Assembly (NCBI RefSeq): GCF_006345805.1
Contig: NC_042999.1
Span: 27,466,001-27,530,000, forward strand
Reading direction: 5' to 3'
Source: Octopus sinensis
Taxonomy: Eukaryota
DNA length: 64,000 nucleotides
The position numbers and the translations under genes are program-made. The notes under the pieces were generated by a model, which worked only from the letters and a program-made list of their open reading frames with translations, was not told where the DNA came from and searched no databases. Positions 1 to 12,793 of this stretch are shown here, piece after piece (the stretch's first letter is position 1; each line of letters begins with the position of its first letter).

Positions 1-705
1 AACGTCTGAGAAAGAGTGACGCTATCAGTTACCGCACAGGGTGGCAACACCTTTAGTGATACTACTGGCTTGATATCACGTTAGTTGATGGTGCTACTAG
101 CAAGTCATATATTCACTTCAGAGAATCTATTTCGCTGAAGTCAATAAAATCATTAGCATCTCTTCCCATCGCATAGTTTGGAATAATGTGTTTCATAAGT
201 GCCGGCTTTTAATCATTTATCATTAACTTCTCAATTAACAATCTATCCATCATTTTAAATTAAAAAGAGGCCGAGATTGCAGTCTGAGTCGACAAAAATC
301 AATAAATAACGTTTGCGAGTTTGCATGATGTGGGGGCGAGGGAGACGGGAAATTTCAAAGAATGAGTAGAGTCCTCTTGGAGTAAAAATAAAAGGAATTG
401 TTTGCATTTGTTCCAGTGAAATAAAAAGTGTAGGATTTGCAAAATCGTTAGAGCGCCAGACAAAATGCCTCTGGTATTTAGTTATAGGATTTGAACACAA
501 ATCTTAAGGTTTTGTATTCAAATCCTGTCGAGATATTTCATCTTACTTGGTCGATACTATAAAGTAACCGTAAAGTTCTAGAATTGCTACAATCACCTAT
601 TTCCTTCTTAAAGACATTACAATTCAGGGACTTCGAATGGCATAAATAGATCTTTGGAAGTTTAATACATTAAATTAATTAACTGAAAATATTTATAAAA
701 CTACT

Positions 706-760
706 ATCAGAAGTACCCGGCGTTGCTCGAGATTAAAATGGCAGCGCGTATGTACGTATG

Positions 761-794
<34 letters not shown>

Positions 795-2870
795 TGTATG
801 TATGTATGTATGTAGGTATGTAGGTATGTAGGTATGTATGTATGTATTAGTATATATTAGTTATGTTGAAACAGGTGATACGGGAAAGTGAAGCGTTGAT
901 GATAAAACATTTGTGAAGTGAATGATGGGCTAATTCGACTAAGCGACATGTCATGCGTCAGTTTGGAAGAATCTAGGCCCTAATCTGTCATGAAAAATTG
1001 AGGTTGGAGGGATAAGTAATTTTTTGAACGCACTGAAAAGCTATCAGTGGATATACTCTCCTTCGCGGTGGTCGGCACTGCGTTTAACACGACCCATCGT
1101 ATGGGTGACAGTCGAATGAATGTAGGTGTAACGGATATATTGTACGTAAATGGGTACATTCTGCAAATGGGCTACAATGGGAGACGGCAACGGGAAAATG
1201 AGCTGTTGAAATGTAGCAGAAAGCGAAGGGTTGACATTGGATTGCTGGTGTGGCTGTAGAATAAGAAACATAATCTGAGCCACACACACTCACAGACACA
1301 TGCACATTCCTATACAAAATGTGACGACACTCACATACATATAGTAAGACAGATACACACAGACATACATAGGTTTTCATCTCATTGTTTTTTCAGCTGT
1401 CACATATGTATAAGTATGTGTAGATGTGTCTTTTAATCCAAATGAAAATAGAAATGATCACACATACACACATACGCTTTCACATATACTCACATACATA
1501 TAGTTAGAGAGGCACACACTAGCAAACATTCACGCATGTCAGTCGTCACATATGTATATGTATGTGTAGATGTGTGTTTAATGACGTATGTAATGCGGAA
1601 GCACACTCACTCTCACGGACACATATACACTCATACACCCACACAAATACACTCACAGAAACATACACACTCATATACAAAATGTGACGTCGTTGTCGTC
1701 ATGGTATAAAATGTCCTTTACTATCTTGTACGTATCGGAGGCACAAACACATACACAGACACATACACACTCATAGGAAATGTCCGGTACTATTTTTGAC
1801 TATAGAAAAATTATCACTATGAAGTATTATATTGTTTTAATCGAAATTTAAAATAAATTGCATGTTGACACTCGCGAAGTGTAATACTATATAGTAAGAG
1901 AGACACTCTGACATACATTCACGCATTTCAGTCGTCACATATGTATTTGTATGTGCAGATATGTGTGTATATTTAATAACGTACCTAACGTGGAAACACA
2001 CACATTCACACACATACACATTCATACACTCACTCACATACATTCAAAGACACATGCACAATCATATACAAAATATGACGTCGTTGTCGTCGTGGTATAA
2101 AATGTCCTGTACTATAGTTGGTTATAGAAAGATTATCTCTATAAAATGTCATTGTTTTAATCGAAATAAAAAATTACATGTTGACACTAGGGGCGGTGTA
2201 ATACTATTACCTGGTAAAATTTGATTTGGCTTGGTCGAGCTGTTTGAGAATGCATAGGGAATAGACAGACAAACAGAATTTTAGAGACACACACAGCCAG
2301 ACATTCCTGCATGTCAGTCATCACATATTCATATCAATGTGTAGATATGAATGTTTAATAACGTATCTAACGCGGAAACACATACTCACAGACACACACA
2401 CTCACGGACACGGGCACACACACTTACACAAATACACTCACAGACACATACGCACTCATATACAAATGTGACGTTGTCGTTGTATCATCGTTATGGTCGA
2501 GCCGTTTGAGAATTCATAAGGAACAGAAAGACAAACATACAAATAAATTTTGTCAGTCGTCACATATGTATATGTATGTGTAGATGTGTGTGTGTACGTT
2601 TCATAACGTATCTAACGCGGAAACATACACTCTTACAGACACATACACACTCATACACTCACACACATACACTCGCAGACACATACACTTTCATATATAA
2701 AATGTGAGGTTGTTGTGGTCATAAAATGTCTTGTAGTATAGTTGACTATAGTTGTTGACACTTGTGGGGTGTAATAACTATTACCTTGTAAAATTTGATT
2801 TCATTTGGTCGAGCCGTTTGAGAATGCATAGGGAACAGACAGACAAACAAAGAATTTTTAATATATAATC
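706..2870 (+). mobile_element. Non-autonomous Helitron-like (DINE/HINE-type) element with internal ~390-bp degenerate tandem repeats
   Basis: Starts ..TACCCGGCGTTGCTCG; ends CAGACAGACAAACAAAG..TTTTAATATATA; aaatgtgacg anchors at ~1317, 1680, 2072, 2464, 2699. Confidence 0.65.
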
Positions 2871-3633
2871 TTTAAAAGATAGTAAGATATGTTTGATAAA
2901 TATTGATAACCGTTTGTTTGGGTAAATGCTTACTAAACTGAAGTGTATAACAGATGATTAAGATCATATTTGTACATAGATACTTCAAATATTTCTGTTG
3001 CAGAGCTGACAACGCAAACATTGCTACCAGTATATTATAGCATTGACTATCAACCTAAAACTACAAAGATATCGGCAGTCTGTGATAATGTTTAATTACT
3101 AACAGATTATTGTAATGGTTTCACAATAGCCACAAACTTTGAGTGATGTCTCTGTGCTAATAAAATGTGAATGAAGCACAGAATAAGGTGTGATGGTCTG
3201 TCAATGTGTGATGTTGAGTGGGTGTCTATGATGGTGTATGATAGCGGCTTCGTAAAGGAGGATGTTCTTTGGTGTGTTAGTGCCTGATGCGTGATTGTGT
3301 GGTGGTGTTTTAATAGGAACACTTCAAACCGACCAGTGTTTTAACAGAAATGCAGTCAAATTGCTTCATATTAAAAATTCACAAACAGAGCAGAGGTGTA
3401 AGTGATAAAATGTTTTTCATTTTTAACTGCGAAGTTTTCACTGTGAATCAATTATGGGTGTTCAAAGATGTGTGTGTGCAAAACATATATGTAGAGATCT
3501 GCAGGTTCAGATACACCAACATACACAGACATATATACACACACACACACACACGCACTCGCACACACTCACACTCATATATGTACTCACATATGTACTC
3601 ACATATACACACACGCACACACGTACTTATATG

Positions 3634-3664
<31 letters not shown>

Positions 3665-3693
3665 ATGTGTATGTGTCTTTATATGCGTGTATG

Positions 3694-3748
<55 letters not shown>

Positions 3749-4231
3749 TTATTGAGAGAGAGAGAGAGAGAGAAAAAACGAAAAAGGAAATTGAGATTGG
3801 GAAGTTAATAATTCCTTATTATTAACAGCAAACTAATCATCATCTTTTACAGCTGTTTCAATCAATACCCTGTAAATATTAAGTAAATGTTAAATTTATA
3901 TGATCTGAGCATAATATCTTCAGAGGGAAAATATACCCTTGGATGTTTTATCATATTTAGTATATTTCTATATTTATATCTATATATTTTTAATGTAATG
4001 TTGAAATATCTTTAAGTGTATTTATATATTTATATATCTATATATTTTTAGTACATGATTTGTGCACATGGTAATTTTACAACAAAATATATTTTAGCAA
4101 CCTATCTTTTGTTTCTCATCATTGTTTTTTCCTATTTTCATATAGCTCAAATATACTGAGCACTTTGATGTGTCCTGTAAATAGAGAAAATTTCATGTCT
4201 TGAAAAGAATTTATATATGTATGTATGTATT

Positions 4232-4320
<89 letters not shown>

Positions 4321-4496
4321 AAGTCAAAGCACCTCTAGTACAAAATATTGTTAAATACGTGTATTATTATATAGGCATTGTGTATTTTCTAGTGGCTACA
4401 ATGGCGTAGCGGAGTACATAATTCTTATGTTGCCGGTGTTAAAACACCTCAGGGCCATGAGCAGGCGAGATAACTCATCTTCAATCCCATTCGTGA

Positions 4497-4540
4497 GGGA
4501 TGGACATAAATGTTCGCCCTTTTAGTGGCTTATCAACACC
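4497..4540 (-). ncRNA. Degenerate hammerhead-like fold (TTGATAA core, U3-A8)
   Basis: GGTG-TTGATAA-GCC-actaaaag-GGC-GAAC-atttat-GTC-CATC. One A is missing from GAAA. Confidence 0.55.
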
Positions 4541-4852
4541 ACCTACCCATCTAGCTTGAAATCGAGTCAGCTAGCCAGTCCAACCACTAATATACTCATG
4601 GTTTGTAAACTCATGAGCTGGTATGCCCGGACATTGCATAACTAAGAGAAAATGTACATATGAAGTAAAATCAGCTCTAGTATAATAAATAGTGTTAAAT
4701 ACATAAACTAATGTATATGCATGTGTATCTTCCGGTGGCTGCAATGAGGTAGCAGAGTGTATAATTCTCATGTTACGGATGTTAAAACTAAGCCATGAGC
4801 ATATAAGTCGTTGGACTTGGTAGCTGACTCGCTTTTTATCCAGGCGGGTAGG

Positions 4853-4897
4853 TAGTGCTGATAAACCACACAAATGGCGAAACATCGCTGTCCATTA
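4853..4897 (+). ncRNA. Degenerate hammerhead-like fold (CTGATAA core)
   Basis: TAGTG-CTGATAA-ACCA-cacaaa-TGGC-GAAAC-atcgct-GTC-CATTA. G8 is replaced by A; 10.1-11.1 is A.C. Confidence 0.6.
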
Positions 4898-5036
4898 CTC
4901 ATAAATGGGATTAAGTGTGAGTTATCTCGCCTGTCCATAGATCTAAGTTATATATTCCGCTACGCCATTGCAGCCACCGGAAAATACACAAAGCATATAC
5001 ATTAGTATATGTATTTAACAATATTTTATATATCTG

Positions 5037-5173
<137 letters not shown>

Positions 5174-5178
5174 TATAT

Positions 5179-5275
<97 letters not shown>

Positions 5276-5449
5276 GCATCTAATATAGGATTAAAAATTT
5301 CGAAAAGAATTCTATCAATGGCCAACATATTAAAAAATACCCTTAAAGGTTAAATTTATAAACAAGGGCAAAATAAAAATATTCTAATGCCAAATATATT
5401 TTCGGCATATTTGGCATTATAATTCTTTTCTTTTGCCCTTGTTTATAAG

Positions 5450-5486
<37 letters not shown>

Positions 5487-5771
5487 CAACAATTGAGGGT
5501 AAAATTAATTAATTAATTAATCAATTTCACCAAGTATTCAGTATGCAAAGGGACCATTTAAGGCGAATTCAAATTATTACATTATATAAAAGGGCTTAGT
5601 AAAATAAATTACTTTGCCGCATACTGAACTCGTTAGAAATAGCAGCTAAAAAAACTTTTTATAAAACTATTTCTAACACTTAAAGAAAACCTCTCTCATA
5701 TAGTGTTTGCTCAATTCAACTCAAGAAAGTATGAGGGTAGAGACATTAAAAAATCAAATGCAAAGGTTATT

Positions 5772-5824
5772 TGAGTACGTACGTTTCAAGATTAGTCAAA
5801 ATCGACCCTTCTCTCATCAGCTCA
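5772..5824 (-). ncRNA. Type I hammerhead ribozyme (inverted identical copy of 6458-6510)
   Basis: Exact reverse complement of 6458-6510. Confidence 0.85.
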
Positions 5825-6457
5825 GAATGCCCTTGTTTGAATTTGAAAACACTGAAAATGGGAGCATACCCTTTCGGCTTGTTATCGCTTCTGAAGATCT
5901 GTTCCAAACTAACAGTGCCAACAAACTCAAATATGCAAGCGAAGAATTTCTGCTCTCCCCTTTCCACCAGCGTGGGTTAAAATCAGCAAACACTATGCTT
6001 TTTTCGGTAAAATCCGAGACAATTAAGTAGAGAGAGATGAATTATAATTTCAACAATTGAGGGTAAAATTAATTAATTAATTAATCAATTTCACCAAGTA
6101 TTCAGTATGCAAAGGGACCATTTAAGGCGAATTCAAATTATTACATTATATAAAAGGGCTTAGTAAAATAAATTACTTTGCCGCATACTGAACTCGTTAG
6201 AAATAGCAGCTAAAAAAACTTTTTATAAAACTATTTCTAACACTTAAAGAAAACCTCTCTCATATAGTGTTTGCTCAATTCAACTCAAGAAAGTATGAGG
6301 GTAGACCCACGCTGGTGGAAAGGGGAGAGCAGAAATTCTTCGCTTGCATATTTGAGTTTGTTGGCACTGTTAGTTTGGAACAGATCTTCAGAAGCGATAA
6401 CAAGCCGAAAGGGTATGCTCCCATTTTCAGTGTTTTCAAATTCAAACAAGGGCATTC

Positions 6458-6510
6458 TGAGCTGATGAGAGAAGGGTCGATTTTGACTAATCTTGAAACG
6501 TACGTACTCA
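6458..6510 (+). ncRNA. Type I hammerhead ribozyme
   Basis: TGAG-CTGATGA-GAGA..GTC[gatttt]GAC..TCTT-GAAAC-GTAC-GTA-CTCA. Stem I TGAG/CTCA; palindromic stem/loop III ACGTACGT. Confidence 0.85.
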
Positions 6511-6693
6511 AATAACCTTTGCATTTGATTTTTTAATGTCTCTACCCTCATACTTTCTTGAGTTGAATTGAGCAAACACTATATGAGAGAGGTTTTCTTT
6601 AAGTGTTAGAAATAGTTTTATAAAAAGTTTTTTTAGCTGCTATTTCTAACGAGTTCAGTATGCGGCAAAGTAATTTATTTTACTAAGCCCTTT

Positions 6694-6783
<90 letters not shown>

Positions 6784-8219
6784 CATTAGTAGAGTTAGAG
6801 GCTGGAATAAATAACTGTCTAAGAAATAAAAATACCCGTTACACTACCGGTATAATTATCTGTGTTAACCCTGGACATACACATGTAATCATATTATGCC
6901 CATAGTTTACAGGCAATGACAAAGGTATGTTTCTTTATTAGTCACAAAGATAAACATGAGTTCATCGGGAATTAAATTTTAGGTACCCATCAATTAATTA
7001 CAATTATTTATTTACTGATATGTTGTAAAGTCCAACCACCTATTACCCGTAATGTGATTGACCACAGAGTCCAGCTTTCGATATAACTTGTCTGTTAAAT
7101 TAAAAACCAAAGAGCAAGCGATTAAGACCCTATCACGAGTAGGTGTAAATAAATAGATAAATTGAAAATAAAAGTATGGAAAAGTAGTATATGTTGTAAG
7201 TGGCTCAAAAATCGCTTAGGATATTTTATAGAAAAAAACAAAGAAACATGTAAACAATTACAATGCGAAGGAATAAACAATACCAGCTGTGTTATTAAAA
7301 CCTAGATAGGTCCCTCTTTGGACAATTGTGAATTAAGGCAGTTGATGGGGGGATGGACAAATGCTTTATAAAATAGGAGTGTGAAATTAGTAGAAAAAGA
7401 AAGGAATTAATTAGTAGGAAAGGAAATAGGGAGAGTGATAAAGGTGAAAACTACGGTTAAGGGGAGGTAATGACTAGGGAAGCGACATAAATTTGGCTAA
7501 CTTCTGAACTAACATCCACAGTACCTAGCAGTGGGCTGACTAGATTGTCTAGTTAGCCCAGTGCTTAGATACTGCGGATGTTAGTTCAGAATTTAGACTT
7601 TATATTATAATTCAGTTTAGGTTTCAATATTATGATAAACTATTAATTAGTACTATGGGTATAGTACTAATTTTAGAACTACTATAATTACTTCAAAACG
7701 TTATGGCACTCTCACTCCCTCTTTGTCTAAACCTATTGGTGTATCCCATTATGGTAAATTTTTTATTTTACTTTTTATTACTTACCTACCCTGTTGCCCC
7801 AATAGAAAAATTAACCCACCAATTACTAATTTGATTTTAATCATTTATTCAACGTCCTCAAGCGACACATAGGCAAAATGGTATGATTTAAATATATTAA
7901 GCCTTTCATCTTCTCGTGGCTATTTTTCTTTTCTTTTATGTGTGCCTTTCTCTCACTTTGATGAAGCCCCATTTTTCCAGATCGGATGTATTACGAACTA
8001 TGATGAATATTATTTTCAGAACTTGCAATGGCAATGCCACAGAACATTGGAAGCAGAAACAGCTGTTAGATGGTATACAGCCTATTTGTATTAAAAAGTA
8101 ATAATTGGTGTTAGTCAATTGTTGTTGATCAATAGTTCTCCATTTTCTGTTTACTTTAAATTATATATATATATATATATGTGCGTGTGTGTGTGTGTGT
8201 ATACTATGTGTGTGTATGC

Positions 8220-8273
<54 letters not shown>

Positions 8274-8305
8274 ACATCTATATATATGTATGTATATGTA
8301 TATAA

Positions 8306-8352
<47 letters not shown>

Positions 8353-8619
8353 CCATTGAATTTTATTATTTTATATCAGTAGATAACCTGTTGTTCTAAA
8401 TAGGAATTAAGTCATATTATTCTTCAGTGAAATATAGGCTTATATAAGAAAGAATTAATTAGAAGAAACGTGAAACAGTTTTGATATAAATGAAACTTGG
8501 AATGAAACAAAGGAAATAATGGTCCTTATGATTTCATTTCTTTATACAAATCGTATACAAATTTCCTGAACAGAAAATTCTGACAATGTCTTATGATACT
8601 TTCACAGGCGTCCTACTCC

Positions 8620-9900
8620 TGCAGTATCTCTTTGACGCTTTAAATTGTCTTTGGTTACCATAAATCGTTACGTATGAAGGATCCTAACTCCTAACAAATG
8701 CAATATAAGACAAACCATAAATGAGTATTGAAGCTCGAAGATAAATATCGCATTTTTGAAACTTTGCCCCTGACGTCTGTTAATCGACGGGGCGACACTT
8801 TATAAGGTTTCTGACACCTTTATACGGTAAAAAGGCAAATTCGTATTGGATGGTTGCAATTTTCCACAGAAAATCTACAGAGTATGTCCTTCCTGAACCA
8901 GTTTCAGTAATTTTATTTACTTTTATGATCATGTGGGTAGCAGATAAAAACGTATAATATTTCAGTTAAAGTGTATGTGTAAACTATTAAGATTCATCAG
9001 CAACAAAATGGAAGCTCGAAATTTTAGTGTGATAATGTGAAGTGACACTCTAGTTATATTGAAGAGGGTTACGATGTTCAGGTAGGTCAAAGCTAGCTGG
9101 TTATTGTGAGAAATAGTCAACATATTTAAGTATAGTAGTCCTTCTTGGATGCTCCATAATTTCACTGTTAAGAGTGTCTACTTCTTCATCTTGCAATTTT
9201 AAAATATCTCTTGATTATAACCACTGGGCATTGCAATTAAATTTTTAACCTCATGTATACATGTAGAATTCATTCTTCCTTGCTTTTGGCAGGAAACGAA
9301 AGAAGTGTTTCAGTGGTATCTCTTTATTAGTTTCTAACAACACAAAAATTCTGCCTTCACCCAATTACCAGTCAGCATAATGCTATTTCGACAATTCAGA
9401 ACTCTCATACTAGTATTGAGATGGAAAACTTAGCACGAGTTCCAAATTTTGCAGGGTTTTTTTTCAAATAAACACCAATAACAGAAGAGTGCAATACCTT
9501 TCCGTGTTCCAGTTTGAAACTCGCGAAAATCTCCTCCAAGAATAAGTTCGTTTCTGTTTGGCTAATTATATGCTCCAAAATGTTCATTAACGGTTTTTAT
9601 TTCTTTTATCAGCATGTAAACCTATTTCCACATCCGCAGGAATATTTCCAGCACCAGTTTGTTTTTGCACTGATAAGACAGATAAGTAAGACTGTAGCTA
9701 ACTATTTCTGAACAGAATCAAAGGAGAATGAATTATCTGAAATATATTTTCATTGTGAACTCGGCATTGGTTTTTGGCACTTTTTCAATGAGTTGCCTTA
9801 TCTGTTTCTCTGAGTCATAGTAGTTAGTTTGTAAGTAACTCGGTACATTACCTATTTCGTTTCTTAAAGGTCCTATAAATCTGTTTATAATTCTGTAATC
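8620..9900 (-). mobile_element. Decayed Helitron PIF1-type helicase
   Basis: Motifs in order, with frameshifts: LILGGDFRE, IWNSC*VFHLNTSMRV, HIITLKFRASILLLMNLN, PSNTNLPF, INRRQGQSF, YGLSYIAFVRS (cf. LGGDFRQ, LKVGAPIMLLRNL, TINKSQGQSL, HGQLYVALSRV). Confidence 0.8.
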
Positions 9901-10370
9901 TATAAGCGGCAAATCCTCTTGTTACAGATACATAGTCTACTACTTTCATAGATCACAAAGCCATTGTATTGGTGAACTTTCTTGTATTACGCTTGTAATA
10001 CTTTGTTTTAGTTATATACACAGGTCAGTAGTACTTGAAATTTTTACATCTCTTGATTTGCACTATAAACTAAAACAAAGTTTGTTTACTGAGACAAATG
10101 TTTGTAAAGTGGGAAACATTAAAGTGTTGCTGTCGCGGTACTGAACCACGAATGATCCACAACATTTGCAAAAAATATATATAATTAATTCTAGCTATAT
10201 TAAGTGCTAAACTTTGATTATTCTGGCAATACAATCTGTCTTGAGCAGTCTCTATTTGCCGAATATTTTTTCATTTCTTTTTCTTTCTCTTTTTGTAGAA
10301 TACCATAGCTGTATGACAAAGCATACCTATATCACATGTACGTGTGTTTGTGTAAGTGTGTGTGTATGTG

Positions 10371-10423
<53 letters not shown>

Positions 10424-10559
10424 GTGCAAGGTTATTTGAGGATATCTAAATATCATTGTATTACTCTTTTCAAACCAATTAAAAGGTTTTTTTTTTTTAT
10501 TTCAGACTTTCAGACCCGCCAAAGCAGATAAAACAGTAAGGCAAAAAGCTAAAGGACAT

Positions 10560-11790
10560 GCAATATTTGTTGCTTTATGTGCGTAACATAGCGAGTTACT
10601 TTTCTAAATATGGAATGATCTTTTGTACACAAACTTTAAATGGGGCTGGAAGGTTCTGGTGGGAATATCTCAATTGTATCAATGGAAAAAATATTCTAAA
10701 CGTTCGGACACTACAAGGACACAGCAATTCATCCATTGGAACCAAAATATTGATGATGATTCTGGAAAATCAATGAGATCCGTGACCAAAGAACTTCAAG
10801 TATCGGAGTGGACTGTCAGAACTGTGGTGCTCAGAGAAATTTTATGCAAGTGGTATATATTAATAGGCGGCGAGCTGGCAGAAACGTTAGCACGCCGGGC
10901 GAAATGCGTAGCCGTATTTAGTCTGTCGTTACGTTCTGAGTTCAAATTCCGCCGAGGTCGACTTTGCCTTTCATCCTTTCGGGGTCGATAAATTAAGTAC
11001 CAGTTACGCACTGGGGTCGATGTAATCGACTTAATACCTATGTCTATCCTTGTTTGTCCCCTCTGTCTTTAGCCCCTTGTGGGTAATAAAGAAATAGGTA
11101 TATATTAAGAAGACGCCAATTCATCTCTGCAAAGACAGAAAAACTTCTTGGTCCGAGCCAAGTGATTTCTTTAAAAGGTTGAAAACCTTCAGAAACAAAG
11201 CATGTCTTGCTGCTTCTCTGATGAGAAAAACGTAAACTAAAAGCAAACTACAAACAGAAGAAATGACAGATGATTATGTGCAGATCCTTTCGATATTTCC
11301 AAAGTAATGCGTACTGAGTTTCCAGCAACTGTGATACTTTTAGGAGTAGTAAGTAACCAGGATGATGTCATTCCACCCACATCTTGCCACATCTTTTGAT
11401 TCGTTGAGGTGCTGCAGGCAGTTGTTAAGCCATAGATGTATGAAATATGCAGCGGAAGGCCATATGTTTTTCAACAAACTCAGAACTCGCAATGCCCACG
11501 TAACCCAAGAATGAATTGAATTTCAGACAATCTTTAAGACTCTCTACCACCAAACACGTGGCTTCCAAACTCGCTAGATTTAAATCTCATGAGCTATTTC
11601 CTTTGGAACGTTGTTGAAAAGGAGACTAATCGACATCTTCAAACTGCCATAGCATTTTTGAAAGCCTGTATTGTCCATATATCCGAAATGAATAAGGACC
11701 ATTTAGCGTAAGAATGCCAACGATTTTCTTTCCGCATTGAAGCAGTTATCGAAGATGAAGGCAGATTCATAGAATAAACTTATAAGCAAG
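10560..11790 (+). mobile_element. Decayed IS630-Tc1-mariner transposase interrupted by a SINE
   Basis: KSMRSVTKELQVSEWTVR (HTH), GRPYVFQQ, WLPNSLDLNLMSYFLWNVVEK, RIEAVIEDEGRFIE. Confidence 0.78.
10866..11096 (+). mobile_element. tRNA-derived SINE family 1
   Basis: GGCGGCGAGCTGGCAGAAACG head; CCTTTCATCCTTTCGGGGTCGATAAATTAAGTACCAG core; 12-bp TSD GGTATATATTAA. Confidence 0.9.
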
Positions 11791-12005
11791 CTTATCCGGA
11801 ACAATTTCACAATTTTTTTTGTTACAATAGAAATTCTCTTCTTTTTCTTTTGTTTTATTAAATTAACAAATATGTGTTCAATACCTCTCGCACTCACGCC
11901 CTTTCTTTCTCTCTCTCTCTCTCACACACACACACACTTTCTTTATATATGCGTGTGTGTTTTTGCGTGTGTGTTTGTGCGTGTGTGTGTGTGTGATTGT
12001 GTGTG

Positions 12006-12039
<34 letters not shown>

Positions 12040-12043
12040 GAAA

Positions 12044-12793
12044 TATAAATAAGGGTGTCTGAGAGACACCACCATGCCGAAATAGAGGTCAAAACCCTAA
12101 CACTAAAAGCCACCTTAAATGTTCCTATCGCACCATGAGATAAGACAGATTGACAAAATAAACTAGCAAAAAGATACTACTGGATAATTCAAGATCCTGG
12201 ATTTCTAGCTTTACTTCAAATAAGCTCTGGCTTCATCAGTTGAATAAATCAGATGGGCACATAAATACAAATATATATATATACAGAACACACATTATAC
12301 TTCATATACGAACGCCCATACATACATATATATGCTCGTATGTACAAGGCCAGTTCAAATTGCCCGCCAACCACCTCATAAGCGCGACATGGTCAAAATA
12401 GATTTATATAATTCGTCAGTATATTCACTGTGGTGTTTATTTTGACCATGTCGCGCTTATGAGGTGGTTGGCGGGCAATTTGAACTGGCCTTGTACATAC
12501 GTGTCTATATATGTATGTATGGACGTTAGTATATGTAAGTATAACGTGTGTTCTGTATATATATATTTGTATTTATGTGCCCATCTGGTATATTCAACTG
12601 ATGAAAGCAGAGCTTATTTGAAGTAAAGCTAGAAATCCAGGATCTTGAATTATTCAGTAATATCTTTTTGCTAGTCTATTTTGTCCCTCTGTCTTATCTC
12701 ATGGTGCGATATGAACATTTAAGGTGGTTTTTAGAGTCAGGGTTTTGACTGCTATTTCGGCATGATGGTGTCTCTCAGATACCCTTATTTATA
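12044..12793. mobile_element. 750-bp foldback element with ~356-bp arms
   Basis: Arms 12044-12400 and 12438-12793 with a 37-nt spacer; termini TATAAATAAGGG/CCCTTATTTATA; each arm has an HHR-like motif. Confidence 0.88.
12592..12650 (+). ncRNA. Hammerhead-like fold, AUC triplet (mirror copy at 12187-12245 minus)
   Basis: ATTCAA-CTGATGA-AAGC..GCTA-GAAA-TCCAGG-ATC-TTGAAT. 6-bp stem I; stem III ATCCaGGAT; stem II closing pair mismatched. Confidence 0.55.

Larger units (their letters stand above)
4350..5021. mobile_element. Older ~344-bp monomer with partial tandem and inverted copy
   Basis: gttaaatac anchors at 4350 and 4694; ~4793-5021 is a diverged reverse complement of ~4350-4600; CCATGAG microhomology at the junction; microsatellites on both sides. 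Confidence 0.7.
5482..6701. mobile_element. HHR-bearing 564-bp monomer, partial tandem copy and inverted copy (retrozyme/PLE-type non-autonomous insertion)
   Basis: 5482-6045 repeats partly at 6046-6305; 6305-6701 is the reverse complement of 5581-5977; (TA)n on both sides. Confidence 0.85.

Noticed and set aside
5707-6030. 107-aa ORF and related ORFs at 5767-6575
   Set aside because: Non-ATG start, no recognisable domain, antisense to the ribozyme strand; repeated only because the DNA is duplicated.
8962-9165. Leu-rich ORF resembling an LRR or membrane protein
   Set aside because: Explained as Helitron helicase motif LKVGAPIMLLRNL.
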